DNA of 42,730 nucleotides from a virus, in IMG/VR virus record IMGVR_UViG_3300036846_000608, positions 1 to 42,730 of that record. One strand, 5' to 3'. Of this stretch, positions 40,797 through 42,730 are shown in pieces. Below the pieces are notes generated by a model. It had not been told where the DNA came from. It made no database searches and saw only the letters and a program-made list of their open reading frames with translations. The position numbers were made by a program, and so were the translations under genes. Within the stretch, counting starts at the first letter, position 1, and each line of letters opens with the position of its first letter.

Positions 40797-40914
40797 GAGG
40801 CCTATTCAATCCCGACCTTACCACCCGGAGGCTCACCCACCCCTGGATACCACCCACAGAGAGTGCCAGCGATATCAATGGCTTAAGCCCACGATCGCAA
40901 CACCTTAACGGTCG

Positions 40915-41202
40915 TTATGATGTTGCATCCTTACCATTGCCATCCAGATGCTCGATCAACCCTGGCTCAGTTTCCACAGCATTTGCAATGATTTGCCGGA
41001 TGGTGATGCGAATGTCTCCGCCATCCTCACCTGTAAGTTGCTGTGGCGCCTTGCCCCAACCTCGATCGAACAATTCCTTGATTGCAATGACGCGGGCGGC
41101 TGCCGGTGCTTTCGACGATCCCACGATCTGCGCCAACACCTTGATCCCGGTCTCGGTATGCGCTCTTGCTAAAGATCGAATATCTGCTGCTGCCTTCGCC
41201 AC
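40915..41202 (-). CDS. terminase small subunit candidate (GTG start)
   Basis: AARVIAIKELFDRGWGKAPQQLTGEDGGDIRITI resembles the ..RKWALARMNPRKYGDKV..GKDGGAIQIE segment of Sf6-type TerS. SD gaggtga. Only 95 aa. Confidence 0.45.
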   Translation of the reverse strand: MAKAAADIRSLARAHTETGIKVLAQIVGSSKAPAAARVIAIKELFDRGWGKAPQQLTGEDGGDIRITIRQIIANAVETEPGLIEHLDGNGKDATS

Positions 41203-41239
41203 TTAACTCACCTCACATTCTCTTCATTTCACACAGAAA

Positions 41240-41464
41240 TTACTGCAACGGCTCCGCCGAAACCTCGCCGCGCTCAAACGCTTCAAGTGCGTTCTCGACA
41301 CTACCGAGTTGCGCGACGATCTCACCGAGATGTCGCATCAGTTCCACCAGGTCGACGTCGGGCATGATGTCGACCATCTCCAGGATCAAACGGCCCAGCG
41401 GATCGAGCCGGCTGTCGCGGCGCGCGGCCTTCATGTTCTGGGTGCGAAGGGCGATCTTCATCAT
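41240..41464 (-). CDS. hypothetical 74-aa protein
   Basis: ATGA coupling with the upstream gene. Confidence 0.6.
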   Translation of the reverse strand: MMKIALRTQNMKAARRDSRLDPLGRLILEMVDIMPDVDLVELMRHLGEIVAQLGSVENALEAFERGEVSAEPLQ

Positions 41465-41658
41465 TTCGGTCCCAGATTAGGGTCATGCGGATCGAATGGT
41501 GCAGGCTCTTCGCTGTGCTGATCAACGCGCGGCGCCCGTTTCACACCCCTGGTCTTTCTCAATGGTGATCTGCCGCTCCGCTTGATTGCCTTCAGCTTCG
41601 AAGCGGTGGCGCGTTTGGTTGCCGGCTTCGCATGCTTCGTTCGCCTGGTCTTGCCCAT
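41461..41658 (-). CDS. 65-aa highly basic protein
   Basis: SD gaggagtgagcc. Lys/Arg-rich N-terminal two thirds. Confidence 0.65.
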   Translation of the reverse strand: MGKTRRTKHAKPATKRATASKLKAIKRSGRSPLRKTRGVKRAPRVDQHSEEPAPFDPHDPNLGPK

Positions 41659-41748
41659 GGCTCACTCCTCAGGGTGTGATAAGTTGTCATCGGCAACGCG
41701 GCTAGGGGTCGCCCGAAAAGCTGGTTTCGCAACCGGCCTGTCGCGTTG

Positions 41749-41961
41749 CTACTTGCGTAGAGTTTCGACCTCGCGCTCCAGCCGCTCGATCTTTGCCTTC
41801 AGTGGCAACACCGCATTCCCAACCGCAGTTCCGATCGCGCGCCCGATGGCCTCGCGCTCCGCTGCCAGGGCCGCATAAAGGTCTTGCGCCAAGGCCTGGC
41901 GCTCAACCTCAGCTTCCCGCCTCGCACTGTCGATCAGTGGTCGTATCTTCCCCTCGGACAT
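41749..41961 (-). CDS. 70-aa coiled-coil protein
   Basis: SD ggaggcaactc. Confidence 0.65.
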   Translation of the reverse strand: MSEGKIRPLIDSARREAEVERQALAQDLYAALAAEREAIGRAIGTAVGNAVLPLKAKIERLEREVETLRK

Positions 41962-42166
41962 GAGTTGCCTCCGTCAGATGGCCTGGTGTCAGGTGGCTGA
42001 ACAGCACGTTGCAAGCCCCGCAGCGCCAGTAGATGAGGCTGGCGCCGCCGCACAGCGTGCCGCCGCGCATGAACCGCTCAACCGCGCCCAATAGCGAGCC
42101 ACAGCGCGGGCACGGCAGCCTCGTCGTGACCCCTTCCAGCAACGCTGATTTTTTCTGCGCTTTCAT
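41909..42166 (-). CDS. Zn-ribbon protein (CPRC...CGAC), first ORF of the late strand
   Basis: Two CxxC pairs about 27 aa apart. Start uncertain (ATG 42166 or GTG 42175). The 3' end overlaps the next gene. Confidence 0.5.
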   Translation of the reverse strand: MKAQKKSALLEGVTTRLPCPRCGSLLGAVERFMRGGTLCGGASLIYWRCGACNVLFSHLTPGHLTEATHVRGEDTTTDRQCEAGS

Positions 42167-42177
42167 GTGAAACACCG

Positions 42178-42207
42178 TTGACTTCAGCTAGGAAATGGTT
42201 TCCTAAT
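42178..42207 (+). promoter_or_regulatory. sigma70-like promoter candidate TTGACT-N18-CCTAAT with an embedded palindrome AGGAAA-tgg-TTTCCT (42190-42204)
   Basis: Read directly in the 66-75-nt divergent spacer (width depends on the late-gene start). Confidence 0.4.
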
Positions 42208-42241
42208 GCGTCCAGGCAATCACGCCTCAAGGGGAACTCAC

Positions 42242-42526
42242 ATGACCAAATACATCGCCCGCCTCGACAACGAGATCGTCGGCAAGCGCACCAGCAAGGA
42301 CCGCGTCTACACCCACGCCATTGTCGTCCACAACTGCAACGGCCCGCACGTCGCCACCTGGTGCGGTCGTCTCGATCTCGCACTGGGCGAGAAGCGCAAA
42401 CGCGAACGCTCCGGCTTCCCCGCGACGATCGTGCCTGTCGAGATCGCGCCCAGCAACGCCCGCACCGCCAAGGCGCTCAACGACAGCGGCGTGTTCGCGC
42501 CGTTCACCGTGATCGGCACCGACTGA
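42242..42526 (+). CDS. hypothetical 94-aa protein, first gene of the recombinase operon
   Basis: MTKY start follows caaggggaactcac. The track start at 42206 lacks an SD. Confidence 0.7.
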   Translation: MTKYIARLDNEIVGKRTSKDRVYTHAIVVHNCNGPHVATWCGRLDLALGEKRKRERSGFPATIVPVEIAPSNARTAKALNDSGVFAPFTVIGTD

Positions 42527-42603
42527 TCCCACCAACATCACCTCACGCCGGGCGGTCGCAAGACCCACCCGGCTTGGGGCTGTAGGAGCATCCAGGCTCC
42601 AAT

Positions 42604-42730
42604 AGGGAAGCATCACATGCGTACCATCGAGAACACCGACCACCTGACCGAACTGGTCTGCGAGACCATCGACTGCCCCAAATGGGCGAACCGCTGCAGC
42701 GAGTGCGGCGACACCGCGCCCGGCGACCAG
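42604..42730. repeat. terminal direct repeat copy 2; contains a truncated duplicate (42617..42730) of CDS 14..241
   Basis: Exact identity to bases 1-127, read directly. Confidence 0.95.

Larger units (their letters stand above)
1..42603. mobile_element. complete temperate dsDNA phage genome (one unit length of a circularly closed assembly), probably podovirus-like
   Basis: Identical 127-bp ends. The window holds a full phage gene set: integrase, Xis-like, recombination and replication genes, TerL, portal, capsid, fibres and endolysin. No flanking bacterial genes are present. Confidence 0.8.

Noticed and set aside
40734-40914. tRNA or attP-like tRNA fragment (ttcaatcccgaccttacca).
   Set aside because: No complementary T-stem or acceptor stem could be built on either strand. 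Only superficial T-loop/CCA resemblance exists.

Overview
The window is one complete, circularly closed genome of about 42.6 kb from a GC-rich temperate dsDNA phage. Bases 1-127 are identical to bases 42604-42730, which looks like an assembly overlap rather than a biological terminal repeat. The phage is probably short-tailed: I see no tape-measure, sheath or tube gene set, and the tail genes look like tubular and fibre types. The host is probably an alphaproteobacterium, but that is inference only.

Layout:
- (a) 42242..1206 (+, wraps the junction): a five-gene operon ending in a small serine recombinase and an HTH protein.
- (b) 1420..7229 (-): the leftward early, replication and recombination operon. 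It encodes a Cro-like protein, a DnaA domain-IV-only protein, a Gp157-like protein, a DUF3102 + J-domain fusion, a Rad52/Sak-like annealase, an HNH-like protein and a DUF1376 protein.
- (c) 7230..7531: an AT-rich divergent control region with several inverted repeats.
- (d) 7532..10380 (+): small genes, an AlpA/Xis-like gene, a putative attP, then a P4-type tyrosine integrase.
- (e) 10460..13655 (+): a tightly coupled six-gene cargo operon of unknown function, followed by a gene carrying an FtsZ C-terminal-peptide-like motif.
- (f) 13699..42166 (-): a late block of about 28.5 kb. In transcription order it runs: Zn-ribbon protein, TerS-like protein, small genes, TerL, portal, a ~6-kb accessory block, scaffold, major capsid, tail and ejection-type proteins, fibres, then a lysis cassette. 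Two small acidic genes on the opposite strand interrupt it.

Most interesting observations:
- A short RR(D/E/Q)xIxxxI peptide recurs on five consecutive or nearby head-module proteins, at protein termini on four and internally near the N-terminus of the scaffold. One carrier is a possible ADP-ribosyltransferase-like protein. This suggests a capsid cargo-targeting system.
- A mini-paralog of the scaffold C-terminus sits just upstream of the scaffold gene and is split across two reading frames.
- One protein consists of 11 tandem 21-aa repeats.
- One protein is a Met-Pro-Gly low-complexity protein, next to a GNAT-like gene in the ejection-protein region.
- The integrase-adjacent cargo operon has no assignable function.

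I recognised no tRNA, rRNA, CRISPR array, reverse transcriptase or transposase. All family assignments rest on motif recognition by eye. No searches were run.
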